Assembly (NCBI GenBank): GCA_040954595.2
Contig: CM082579.2
Span: 4,205,227 to 4,269,226 of the forward strand
DNA from: Balanoglossus misakiensis
Lineage: Eukaryota; Animalia; Hemichordata
DNA length: 64,000 nucleotides
Direction: 5' to 3'
Positions 37,901 to 57,635 of this stretch are shown one piece after another; positions within the stretch are counted from its first letter, which is position 1, and the number at the start of each line of letters is the position of its first letter. The notes beneath the pieces were generated by a model that had not been told where the DNA came from, searched no databases, and was given only the letters and a program-made list of their open reading frames with translations. Both the position numbers and the translations under genes were made by a program.

Positions 37901-40900
37901 GAGGAAGAGGTACGGTTCCTGCGCCACGGCAGATCGGCCTGGGTGCAGCCGGGAGTCTCGCCGTTCCTGAAGGATGTAACGCCGAGCAGTTTACCAGCAG
38001 ACGCCGACGGCGATGACGAGCGTTCAAGGAGGTTGAAGTTCACCGTTAAACCGAGCAGGGACTCGTACGTCCAAATGGAAGTGGTCAGGGTGGAACTGAA
38101 GCTACAGAACACCTCCACAAGACCCATCTACGTCGAAAGCAAACTCGACCCCTGCGAGGAATGGGTCTCAGTGTACATAATGAACCCAAATGGTACTGTG
38201 ACCCAGGTTGATTCCTTCGCCAGCGGTGCAGTTGCCGATTACGTCAAACCACTTTATCCTCCCGGTTCCAAAGACGGCGCAGACAGAGTCAGTGAAGTTG
38301 TGCCGTTGGTGTATGGGAAGGACGGGTTCTATTTCAGACAAGTGGGAGATTATCGCATCAAGGCTGTCTACAGCTTCGGCAATTACTACGTCGCCACAAA
38401 ACCGGTGACTATTAGCATCCAGAGATATGGCGGCGAGAGACATCTGCTGGACAGCTTCTTCACTGACAAAGTTGGAGAGTTCATCGCTCTCGGTGGGTCA
38501 AGCGCGCGAAGATTTGAGGCGACAAGACAGTTTATTCAAGCACTGGCGACATCCCAAGACACTCAGGCCTGGGCCGGAGAGATCGCAGCCATCTGTGGTA
38601 AAAATCTTGCTTATTCCTCAAGGAAGGGGTTTACAAAAGTGGGGAACAACTTGACCGTGGAGAAGGAGAGCCCTGAGTTGCCAGATGAGGTCCTTCAATC
38701 AACCCAAGCTACCGTTGACAGACTTCACAGAAGTGGAGAGCAGGCTGATAATATCATGTATCGTCGCTTGGCCTTTCTGAGAGCCGAGATCTACCTGTTG
38801 AAACAAGATCCGAGAAACGCGGACAGAGAAGTCAGAGATATGACTAGAAGTCTCAAGTCTCGGAAAGTGAAGGAGTACGTAATAAACGAGATTGACCTGG
38901 AATGGAAGACGAGGCGAGGAGATATTGGTCGGCTTCCCTCCAGCATGGACCCTCAGAGAAGAGAAATGTGGCGAGTCGTCCAACCCAGGTCCGAGGAGCT
39001 TCAAGAATGGGTCAAGCGAATCATGCACTGGACGGGTGAGGAAGATGACGGTGGCATTGGTGTCGATGGTGTTGATGATGAAGATGATGACAGTGGTCTT
39101 GGGCATGGCACAGAATTCTCCGCATTTGATGACCAACATCTGCTAGCGTCCGATGACGTCATCGAGCAGATCTTCAGCAAAGCCGACGAGTCCCGAGATA
39201 TTGTCGAGACTTTGGAGTTCGTCAATTCTCTGCAGCACAGCCGTCAATACAATCACACCTTGATCAAGTACGCCCTCAAGATATTCCTCACTCATCACGT
39301 TCTAGCACGAAGCAACCGGCTCAAAGTGCCAGAGATCATTGACGAACCGTCTGGGTGGGATGCGGCCGCCCATGCTATGGTCCCGCCAATAGGCGAACCG
39401 CAAGAGATCTGGATGAATTACTGGAGAAACGACGCCGATTTTGTGGACCACCACCGACACTGGCATGAGACGTACCGAGCACGTGGTCTGCCGGGCACAG
39501 AAGCCGCGCACTTGGACCGCCAGGGCGAACTGTTCGGATACATGCACGAACAGATGCTGGCCAGGTACAACGCGGACCGGGAGTCGTGGGGGCTCGACCC
39601 TGTCGAACCGTGGCACTTCACCGACGTGGATGAGCTCGGCAGTGACGCTGGCGAGGAATTCCACAGCAGCCCACAAAACCGGCAGGTCCGACCACGCCCA
39701 CCGGGGTCGAAGTGGCCGCAGCACAGAGTCGTGCAGTTCAGGCGCTGGAGAGACAACATTCGCAGAGCCCTCCGGGCGGGAGTCTTGCAGCCCGATCGCG
39801 GCACGGATTTCCGCGCTTTTCGATTCGAAGACAACAACGACCTGGAAAATCCCTCCAACAGCGCCGCAAACTGGGTCGGCCACATCGTGGAAGCGACATC
39901 CGGGGCTTTCTCTGATACCTACGGCAGCGTTCACAACATGGGCCACGTGGTCTTTGGTGCACTGGACCAGCCGCGTCGGTTCCGTAGTTACATGGCAACG
40001 CCCGACCACGCTGTCCGGGACCACATCTTCTTTCGATGGCACAAGTTCGTCGACAATCTCATCGACGAATACCACAGCACGAAGAGAACGGAGCTGGCAG
40101 TGGACGCGCCACCAGTGGTCGTAAGAGGGAATGATATCGTGATCAGCACATCGGAAAAATTACCGGATGGGTTTTCCGAGTGGTCGGGAAACGGATGGGG
40201 GAATGGAGAATTCACAAGCAGCACAATCAACACAACGATAGACCTGCCCCAGCGACAGTTCGAATTCGGCAAGCTTACACACGAGCCGTTCTACTATCAC
40301 ATCCGCATCAGACGAAACGGGTCACCAGGACAGGAACTGCGACTGACGCTTCGAATATTCATCTGCCCCGCCAGACATGAAGACGACCGGAGACGCTGGA
40401 TAGAAATGGATAAATTCCGGTACATCTTGGCGGCAAATGAAACGCACGCTGTCATCACGAGAAAGGACAAGCATTCCTCGGTGATTCGGAGAGATCCACG
40501 CGACAGCGACGTACAAGACGACCTGGAGATGCCACTCGCTCGCACGGTCAGTGGGTTCTGCGAGTGCGGCTGGCCGTACAACCTCCTGCTTCCCAAAGGA
40601 ACCCGAGGGGGGGAGCCTTATCGCCTGGCCGTGTACATATCAGACAACAGCGTAGACTCTCTCCGGATCCGCTCGTCCTGCGGAAGTCTCAGCTACTGCG
40701 GTGCCCGCGACAACCGCTACCCGGACCGCCGTCAGATGGGCTACCCTTTCGCCACGCCAGCTACGGTGAACGGTGGCGAGGTGACTGTGACGGAGGCCGT
40801 TCAACAGCTCGACAACTTCGCTCTGACGTCGTTTGCCATCAAGAACAGAGATAGGCGGTTTGGAGAGGAGGAGACACCCGTCATACTCAGGTTGTTGGAA

Positions 40901-41715
40901 CCACCTGTTGAGTTTGTAGTCGGATGGCAAGCCCGTCAGCAGCTGAAACTGAGAGCCAGCGAAGAATATCGGCGCAGCAACTGGACAGGACGATTCCGAG
41001 TTTTAATCGATGGCAGTGCGTTGACGGAAACCAATGCGTTTGCTGATAAGCCATATGCTAAGTTGCGGTTAAAAGTAAGTTAATAAATCGCTTAAAATAT
41101 CACATTTGAATCAATACATACCTTTGTTGCTATTCTGTTGTTTTTGTCATCGTCATGTTTAATTTTGTGACCTCCATGATAGGTCATACCAGTACTTGTA
41201 AACTGGCCAATATCATTACCCTTTCTTGGAAACTTTGAAAGTCCTCGTATGTTGGCCAGAAGAGGTTGACGCGCTCAGTAATCAAAGGAATGTCAAGTTT
41301 GAAAGTATTTCGCCTTTTCTCCAACTAGGGCCGTGGAACTGGTCATGGCGAATACAGGGTGTCCGGTGTCACTTTAGCAGAACGGAGAGGGCGATCTCTA
41401 GATGTAACAGGCCCGCACCACAGCGTCACTTTCGACGACGGGAAGTCGTCTGCGTCAGTCCCGGAAATGGGAACCGAAAGCGACCCCATCGAAATGGTAC
41501 TCGTGCCAGACGTCGACTACTTCGTGACATTCACTTTAGAGACGCCGTCCGTGTACCTGGTTGGCCGCAGAGAGACGTGCACCTGGTTCATCGCCAATCC
41601 TGAGGGCGGGGCGAGACACGAGATGAATTGGGACTTGCGGGAGGTCCGAGACCAAATCTCAGAGACACGGCGCAACCTCTACATGGTGGACCGCATACTG
41701 GTTAATGAAAAGTGA
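34907..41715 (+). CDS. Metzincin metalloprotease - prophenoloxidase/hemocyanin (arthropod-type, type-3 copper) fusion protein, ~1526 aa, 7 exons
   Basis: Phase-consistent exons 34907-34931, 36085-36117, 36299-36476, 36591-36756, 37061-37246, 37469-41074 and 41329-41715 (4581 nt). Zinc motif HEMGHAFNLQH (37757-37789) followed by Met-turn-like SFMN. CuA HHRHWH...GELFGYMHEQMLARY (39449-39547); CuB HNMGH...DHIFFRWH (39932-40042); hemocyanin C-domain CECGWPYNLLLPKG and YPDRRQMGYPF. No signal peptide. The first two small exons are the least certain. Confidence 0.9.
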
Positions 41716-42626
41716 ACACGCTCTGAAATCTAGATCCATGTACTTGAACCCCATAAACCTGACCATGTCAACTGACGCGAATTTCATGTAATCGGCTTCA
41801 CAAACCACCAAATACGAATGTCACAGATGTAATGCACATATGATAAGGGTTGGCACGTTGCCTTATTGTAATATATTGTAGGCTAAATTCTAATATGTAC
41901 TGATCAAGCCTTTTCTAATTTCGTGGAAATTGCAGTCTAAGCTTTGCCCAATACCTGAGATTTTGTGGTCCTTGAAAAAGACCTGACTTCGACAGCATGA
42001 CCAATGGATTTCCGCCAGAAAAGTCAGGCTCTAAACTAATAATTTTTTCACCAGTGCCAATCGAATATTTTGAGTCACCATAACAAAAGGTTTCTAAACT
42101 TGAGATAGAAGAATTACCATTTGTTAACCAATTTCCCAGTTTTTTCAACAGAGTTTAATCAGTTGATTATTAATCCACATTTATTCTGATTTGCGAGGGT
42201 GGTGCCATGCTAGTGACGTGAAAATATGACCAATTTTAGGTAGTGAACGAATATGAGTATCATTTATTTTATTGACTGTAGAGGGCGCTGGTCTAAGAAA
42301 GTCGGGGATTGAGCCTTGCGTTGGCTGACAGCCAATGAGAATAATCACAGTGCAAACTCACTTTAATAATTGGAAACATTTAATCACGCAAATGACTATT
42401 TAGAACATTGCTTTCAAGTCACAGTACAAAACTGAGTACATACATTCAAATTAACAAACTTCGTTCAAGAAGAATTAAAATCAAATCACAGAATTGACTA
42501 GGCAGCTTTGATGATATGATATCCCAATCTATTTTGTAAAGGAAAGTCTTAAACTTGCCGATTGTACTGAAGGAAACCTGACAACAAATTTTTGCTAATA
42601 ATAAAAATAATAACAATCAGTGACTG

Positions 42627-44499
42627 TCATGATTCGTCTTCTCTTTTCTTGATATTTCTGTTTCCAATTTTCCTTTTCTTAAAACCGACGTTGACCTTTT
42701 CGCTGCCACCACCAATACTCCCAACAGTCTTTTCTTTGAATTTGATCTTAATCTTTGGTTCTTCTAATGCTATGGTAACCGGCGGGGCTACATAACTTGC
42801 CCTTGCGTCCGGCAGCTGCAAGTCTGGAGTTTCCCTGTGTGAGGAGAAGAGAATACACAAGCATTGATAACTGTAGAACTGGACAATGAATTATCCCACA
42901 AAAAAACGAGTGACCTAGCTTGATCACCTGCAAAGAAGTAGATTTACACTGTGAAATACTACTTACGAGCTAACTGGTTCAATGGCTTGCCAGGTACCGT
43001 ACGGATTTGATCTCTTCTTTGATGTACTTTTAGTCTGTTGGTCATTTGTTTTCTCTGTGCTGTCGGTAGCCTGTTACAAACACATAGAAGGAAAAAATGC
43101 TTCATTAATATGGTGCATAACCCCCTCCTTTCCTTGTCGAAACAGAAGTCCAAACATAATGAAAGATGTCTGTTTATGTAGTCTCAAACATATGACAATG
43201 CATGATATTTCAATGATGCAGAAAAAATTTCATGGGTTTAATTTACACTCTTACGTTTTCATCTTTTGTTTCTTTTGGTTTGTCGTCAGACTTGCTTCCT
43301 TCTCCTCCTCCTCGTCCTTCATCTTCTGTCTCCTCTTTATCTTCCTGCTCAGTCTTCTCTGTTGATTGGTCAGCTGGCTGCTTTTCTGTTTGTTCCTCTG
43401 GCGATTGTTCTTCTGCTTGTTGTGATGTTTGGTCTTCTGACTGTTGTTGTTCTAATGACTGGTTATCTGTTGTTGACACAAAACCCTCTGGCTTTTCCCA
43501 TGAGGACTCTGAACGACAAAGAGAAATGTTTCATTTTGTGACTTCCATCAATCTTTGCTGCCATTGTTCTCCAAAGCAGTTACTCAATATTATTGTATAC
43601 ATTTGCTTACCACCAGTAAAGCTGTTCCAGAAGTATGTGTACCCCTCAGGTGAGACACCTTCCACCCAATACGGCAGTATATCCTCGGCTTTGGGATGGG
43701 ACTCTGTGCTGCTTTGTTCTGTTGGCTTTTCTGATTCTGAAAGACAGGGATATCAACACACTGACTGAGGGAGTGATCTTGCTTCTTGCTCTATGACAAT
43801 GGAAAGAAATGAACACGACGTACTATAGCAATAAACCCGACTGCATATCTGTGAGTCACTGTGTTTCATGGTAAAGTTACAGCTACACACACACACCTTG
43901 CATTTGCGACTTCTTTTGGAGGACTGCATTCTTGTATTGACCTGCTAATTTTGGATCTCTTTGGACGTCTTGCTGGAATGCCTTCAGAGCTGCCTGGGAA
44001 TGTGCACAAGATATCAAAAATTTTAATTTCCAATGAAACCAGTCACGCACAAATTTTACTATGATCTATACGAAGCACCTCATCATGGTCAATAGGTGTT
44101 GAATAGCAAGTGTTGACAATCTTGACAGTGTTTGATCACAACCCCGCCTCCCAACTTACCTCTTCCATAGCCTGGAGATCACTTTTGAAAGCAGCATCTT
44201 TCTTTTCTTTCGCTACACTTTTCTTCTGTATGTCGCTGATCCTTTTCTGTACATTTTCGTTGTGGCGTTTCCCTCTCTCATGGAAATCTACACTCTGCAA
44301 ACATAAAGATATCGAAATGCTTTTTTAAAGACAAGTTGAGATCATTGAGAAGTGCTGGGTTGAATATTTGCTTCGGCATTTACCACTTGGCTGCAGATGA
44401 TGCAGGTGTGAAAAATTTGAACTTACAGCTTTATTGTCTGTGATCCAACACTTGCAGAAGTCACAGAACTTCTTGGGTTGTGATTTCCAGTACTCAGAC
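42627..44499 (-). CDS. WBP4: WW domain-binding protein 4 (FBP21), spliceosomal matrin-type zinc finger + WW domain, ~332 aa
   Basis: Exons 44499-44427 (SEYWKSQPKKFCDFCKCWITDNK), 44294-44160 (FHERGKRH), 43993-43897, 43736-43611 and 43508-43255 (WW: WVEGVSPEGYTYFWNSFTGESSWEKP), 43070-42967 (NPYGTW), 42834-42627 (KFKEKTV...FKKRK). The ATG is split by an intron (AT|G). The AT lies either at 44800-44799 (GTAAGT donor) or near 45071-45070 (better Kozak context). Confidence 0.93.
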
Positions 44500-45099
44500 C
44501 TGCAAAATGAACAGTGAATGAAAAAAATTAGGAAAGAAATGGGGTGTGCACACGGGACCGGTAAAGAGTGAACTGACTCGCACGACTGCAGGTGAATGAG
44601 ATTCGCAGGCATTGCCATGACTTGAGCCCTAAAAATCCATTTGGCATGTAAATATTGGAGATCGCATGCAACTTGCACTGTTTATAGTGTTGAAGGTTGT
44701 TGCATTCCCATTTTACAACAATCGATTGCACTGAAGTCAACAATTCTTTAGTTGGAGTGAGTTTAAAAGCATCTGCCCTTATATGCACGTGAACTTACAT
44801 ATCTATTCATTTGTAGATTTCGTTTGAGTTATGACATCGTCGGCATGTCAACACTGCAGACCACGGACGAGTCGAGTGTGTTTACCTGCGAAGGGAAGTG
44901 ATGTCATAACCTCGTACACTCCACTTGTAGGACTCATAAAATATTACCAGGATTAGAAATGTAACGTGTATTGTACATTGTTTATAAAGTAAACGTTCGG
45001 TAATAATCAGTACTGATTCATCTCAGTTCCAATTTTCATGAGTTGCCGAATCAAAAGTGTAAAATACACATGGTTTTAAATTTACTCTGGATGGAGGGT

Positions 45100-45480
45100 A
45101 AGACGGAACAGCCATTTCGTATCTCCGAATATGATTGGTCTACACCAGACGTGGACAACTTTCGTCCCTGAAAATGCACAGTTCTTTCCTACGAGATAAA
45201 ATAATCGATGAAACATTCTAAAGTCAAGAAGCGTAATTATTGTAGAGGTCCCCCAACAAATTTGTCCTGGAGAGTAGAGATTTTGGGGGATCTATTTCCG
45301 CAAATCCCTATTAATCAGCAAGCTCCAGCAGCCAATGGGATACTTTGTAACATTTATGTGATTTTACTCCACTGAGCCTGCGCAGTGAGGCCATGCTAAA
45401 TTTGTTGATAAATAGAGGACTTGTACCAGGGTTCCGAAAGTTTCTTCACTTTTACCATTTTAACAGCCCTTTCAGTCTGT
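45100..45480. promoter_or_regulatory. Probable bidirectional promoter between WBP4 and the Sfmbt-like gene
   Basis: Short head-to-head spacing, with oppositely oriented CCAAT boxes (ATTGG ~45134, CCAAT ~45332). Confidence 0.45.
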
Positions 45481-45536
45481 TTCGAACTGAAATCACGCTG
45501 TGAAAAGAGTGGTCCAGACCTCTGTGACCACTTGCC

Positions 45537-52725
<7,189 letters not shown>

Positions 52726-55700
52726 ACTCGCTGCAACCAGTGTGACCGGTCGGCCACCGTAAATCGGGTCTCTTGAATCAAAAGACCTGCCAAATATTTT
52801 TGCAGCATTCTCTGTCAACACACAACTTGCCATGTTTACCAGGCAGAGCTGTTTTAGCTTTGCATTCTTTATTATGTCACTCTCTTTTTCTACCGTAATC
52901 TGCAGTGAGACTGAGATTCTATTCTTGACTACCGTAACTTTGATCTCGGGAGCCAGTGAGTCGGCGATGAAATCTGTAGGAATATTTGCGTGTGAGATTT
53001 CTTGAACTTTGACCCATTCCTACAAAACCCATCCTTGGATGATTGGAGAGCATTTCTGCCGTTGTGTGGTTTGCAATCAGATTGCCAGAAAATGTTTATT
53101 CATGCACGTGTGTGTGAGAGTGTGTGTGTACGTGCATGTCACATGTGCATGCAACCAGTGCCAATACTTACGAATGAATCAGCTTGTACTAGCTTGTCAC
53201 GCACAAGGCCGTGGTGACTTGTACTAACCAGATTTTTCTGACAACTTGTCCAGCACAGGTGTTTCAGCTGATTCTCTGAAATATTTTTTGCATCAAAAAA
53301 AGAGGAAGAAGTTCGGACATTTTCTTCATTACATTCTTTCTAAACCTGTCAGATGAATATAAATTTGAAATAACTCTGTTGAGATCTAATTATTTTATTC
53401 TTAGTCAAATAATATAAGAGGCTGGTTCTTTTTTCTTTAGTCTATCACTGGAAAGGGACATTGAGAACATCAACATGCCAGTATCTGGTATGAGTCTTCC
53501 ATTTTTTGACCCTGTCACCCCCATTTCTCTGTATAAAGGTCTGGCCTTGGTATTGAAAACAATGGAGTTGGACTAAACTATGGTGGTGAAGGGGTTTAAC
53601 CTTGACTCGGTGTATAAACCATCACAAGATTACTTGTATACAAAAACATGCTTCACTACATATTGTGTGTGTTAAAAGTCTGTCAGCCAGTCTTTGGGAT
53701 ATTTGATTTTGGTAAAACACAACGAGAGGGAAAATAGAATATTTTTATGGGGGGGGGGGGGGGGAGCAATGGCTAATATGTTGTCATACATCTAAAATGG
53801 AGTATGTTTTTTTGTTTTTCCTACCGGTAGTTTACAAAGTCAGATATGCAAAAGATTTATTTTAGTTTTGTATTTTTTTTCTGAATTTATTCACAAAAAC
53901 ACTTCATTTCATGGTTCCTGTTATACACAGTGCTATGTCTGTTGAGCTTTGTACAGTGGGTGGGCAATACGGGATGCGAGTGTACTGACATGTTGATGTG
54001 ATCGAGACAGGCACAGGCGTGATTTTCTCGAAATACGACAAAGTGATTGAACAGTGGAGATTGAAAGTCGCAGCCAGTGAATATCTGGTTTTTTGGCGGC
54101 GACTGATCTTTGATGTTCAGTGCATGCATAGACAGATATGTACTGTGACAAGCTGTAAAACATGCAACACTCGACAAAGTTATTTTCCAGACTGTGAGCA
54201 GAACTGTGAGGACTGAAATTCTGGCACGCGATAAAATCAATACGTCACAAGCCTTGCAACTTTGTCCACTGATCAGAACATTTTAATATTTACAAGACTA
54301 CACCTTTGCTGCTCACAGACACAACTGCATTGTCTCTAAGTAACAGCAGTGGACCGACTAGCCTTTCGCTATTTTGGGGTTAATGGCGAACATGACGCAA
54401 CTGGTCACCAGGGTTAAACATTGAAGTGAAACCAATAAGGTGGTAAATTTGATTCCCAGTACACTGCATGCATAAAATGTGAATTTTGATGCATAATTGT
54501 ACAAGCATATGATCAAACTACAGTATTCAGCTTGCAATATTTTATCCAATTATGCAAAAGTGATAATTAGGCATAATGAAGTGATTCTTTTCATATGCAT
54601 TCATTAGTTTTCCCAGGAAAAGGAATCTGATATAATTTCGTATGTACTTGTGTTTTATCAAAAACAATTTGGTGGGTGAAAGGGGTGAATGCAGTGTAGA
54701 CTGTGTGTGGTTTACGAAGCACATGGCAAGTACTGCACAGTCCACTGCAAAGTTGCCATAGTTTCGTCTGCACGTGATCATTAGTGGAGGCAAGAAATGC
54801 TAATCAAGGACTGGGTTGTGATTGGCTAATCAAGAAAATGCCGGCTTGGTTTTCGCACAATCACAAGGGAAAAGCTGATGAATATGTCGCTGAAATATGC
54901 TATTCATTTAAGTGTATGTTGTACTTTTTTTGCTTATTTTATTGAAGTTTTGCTTGTTCCAGGTAATGTAAATATTTGTTGTTAACATTAGATATTAGTT
55001 TTGGTGGTGTAGGTTGGTTATTTTTGTCATGCTAATTATATTTTTATGTACAGATTCTGCTCAGTGAAACTTTAAATTTTGATAATCATTTAAACAGTCA
55101 CATGGGCTGCTAAGTGGCAGATTATTTCAGAAGTGGCATCTTTGTGTGGCCATTCCCAATCATTGTTCAATCAATAACATTGTCCTTTTATAGTGCGGTG
55201 ATTACAAAGAGAATACATGTATCATAATTTCATGATTGTCTCAGAAAATCTTGTTAGCCCCATTTGGTTTATGTGGGAGCAGATTATGGGATCAGTTGGC
55301 ACCCATCACTTGTGTGTATGTGTGTGTGTCCACCCACAGCAAACACTGCTGTGCATTTCATCTTGGTATTACATTTGGCATGTACATGTTGTTGCATGTC
55401 GGACAGACTGTGATTGTGTTCAAATGAAGTTGTCATTGCAAAAACTTGATTTGAAAATTGGTTTGCAAGTACGTCAGGGTGTGCCAGGTTTTCGCGTTGT
55501 TGATTTTGGTGGTTGTGCTCATGAGATAGACATGGTTTAGCTTTCATAAAGCTATCACAGTGGGACGATGCAGTTTGGCATCCGTTGTATATTGCTTGAT
55601 ACGAAAAGCGAGATACATGCCAAGTCTTGCATTATGTATTTAATAGCATAGTTTATTTTGATTATGTACATCAGACCATTTCAACCTGGGGCGTTTTTGC

Positions 55701-57635
55701 AAATTATGAAAATGCCGCTCAGACTTTAACCCTTCCATCCCCACTTTGCTCGGTATTGGATCAACCATGCTGCTGAAAACAATGGGGCTGTTCCAAGCTT
55801 TCTTGTGGTGGGAGGGGATTACACATACAGTACCGGTATTATCCCTTTACCATTAAGACAGGGTTTGCTGTCTGTGGATACACTATTTATACATAGATTT
55901 CTCATATTTAAATACCATGACTATGTTTCTGCATGAAATTTCACTCAGTTGCCATATTATTCACAATTAATTTTATTCCATAAACTTGTACATTTATCTC
56001 ATGGATTCTCTGATAAGACTACCCATTTCCTCAAGCATGGCAAAAAAACAACACTAATCACAACTGTAAATAATTTTTTTAACCAATACAGAAGTATGTC
56101 AAAGTTATCTCACTTGACACGGTCACCTGTATTGAAAACAATTTCAAAGTATATTATCTTTAAAATTACCCAGAAAAAAAGTGTAATTGCACTGTGTCAA
56201 TTTTGAGAGGGTGTGACAATTATGACTTCACCTTTTAAAACAGACATGCGGTGTACATCACACACTTAGAATTATTATCAAACTTTCTTTCCTTTTTTGA
56301 CTGTCTGGACAATTCTAAGCATATCATGCAGAATCCTGGGCGTCTTCAATTATGTGAAGTAAAATTATTGACAACACTGTCCAAAGACTTTAATGTGTAC
56401 AGCATATATAGTAGTCACAGTTGAAACATTTCAGATGTATTTTCTTTATTGAAGAATTTGTCAGAAGGGGTTCATGTCTTCATGACCACTTTTGTTTTGT
56501 TATCGTCCAAGATTAAAACTGGACAGAACTCTCTATTCAATAAATACCGAGTTTAAAAGTGTACGTTCATGTCGTGGATTGTGTATAGAGCCCAGTCGAG
56601 CCATACCATGTCTTGCAACATGAATCCATCGCAATAATGACCACTGGCATACAATTCACCTCGAGTAACAAATAACTTTAATAAGAAAACTGAAAATATG
56701 ATGTCAAATCAACAGATATCTAAGCTACAGAGTATCTCTAAAAATACATCACAGAATAAAGTGGAAGAATACAACAGCCAAAGAGCAAAAAGTGCCAGTG
56801 TATAATTTTTCAAAATATAAGTCACATGAAACAACAACAACAAAAGAAAAGAAAGTAAAGTATACTGTTACAATATCTAAAATGAAGATTACTTTGCTGC
56901 ATGTCTACGGAAACTACACATCTTTTTGAAAGAGCTGCTTATAGCATTCCATTCACAGAAATGACCTGTACAGCATACACCACTTTCAATTGGGGAGCTA
57001 CTGAGAATGATATCTATGTATCTATACAGTTTAGCAAAGTACAATTACACATCTTCAGGGATGGTCCAATATAGCAAGTCATCAAATGGCTATCAGACAC
57101 TACCCAGAGTTTTACTAGACCAGCCACAGAGATGAGAACGGTATTCCAATAAATTGATAGCTGGTTGTATGTGTAGACGTGTAACAGAAATTCTTAGGAG
57201 TTCATCTAAATATATCTAGACTTTGGTCACACATTTGCTATATATGTAATACACGATAAAATGATTCCCCAAATTAAAATTTCAGCAACTGTCAAGCATG
57301 TTGAAGCAATCAATATTCAGTTTGTCAAAAGAGCCAGGCATAATATCAATTCTCATCACAACGGACCGCCAACTACATGTTATATAGGCTGTTTTATACA
57401 AACCAGACACGTGAATTTCAACACCCTTTTCTGAAAATACAAACTTCGTTTCAACTGCTGACTAGCACGACCTTTAAGAAATATTGAAGATGTAAATTGT
57501 TCCTGTCACGGTTCATAAAGCACTGATGGAATATTTACAGACAGCAGATGTCAATGGTGATCTATCTGTAATGTTCCTATCCACATATTAACAAGGTTGT
57601 TCTTTCAAACGACTTAAAAAGGGCTTCACTTCCCA

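Noticed and set aside
38699-40930. Multiple overlapping ORFs (257, 227, 155, 146 aa) inside the phenoloxidase exon
   Set aside because: Shadows of a GC-rich coding exon.
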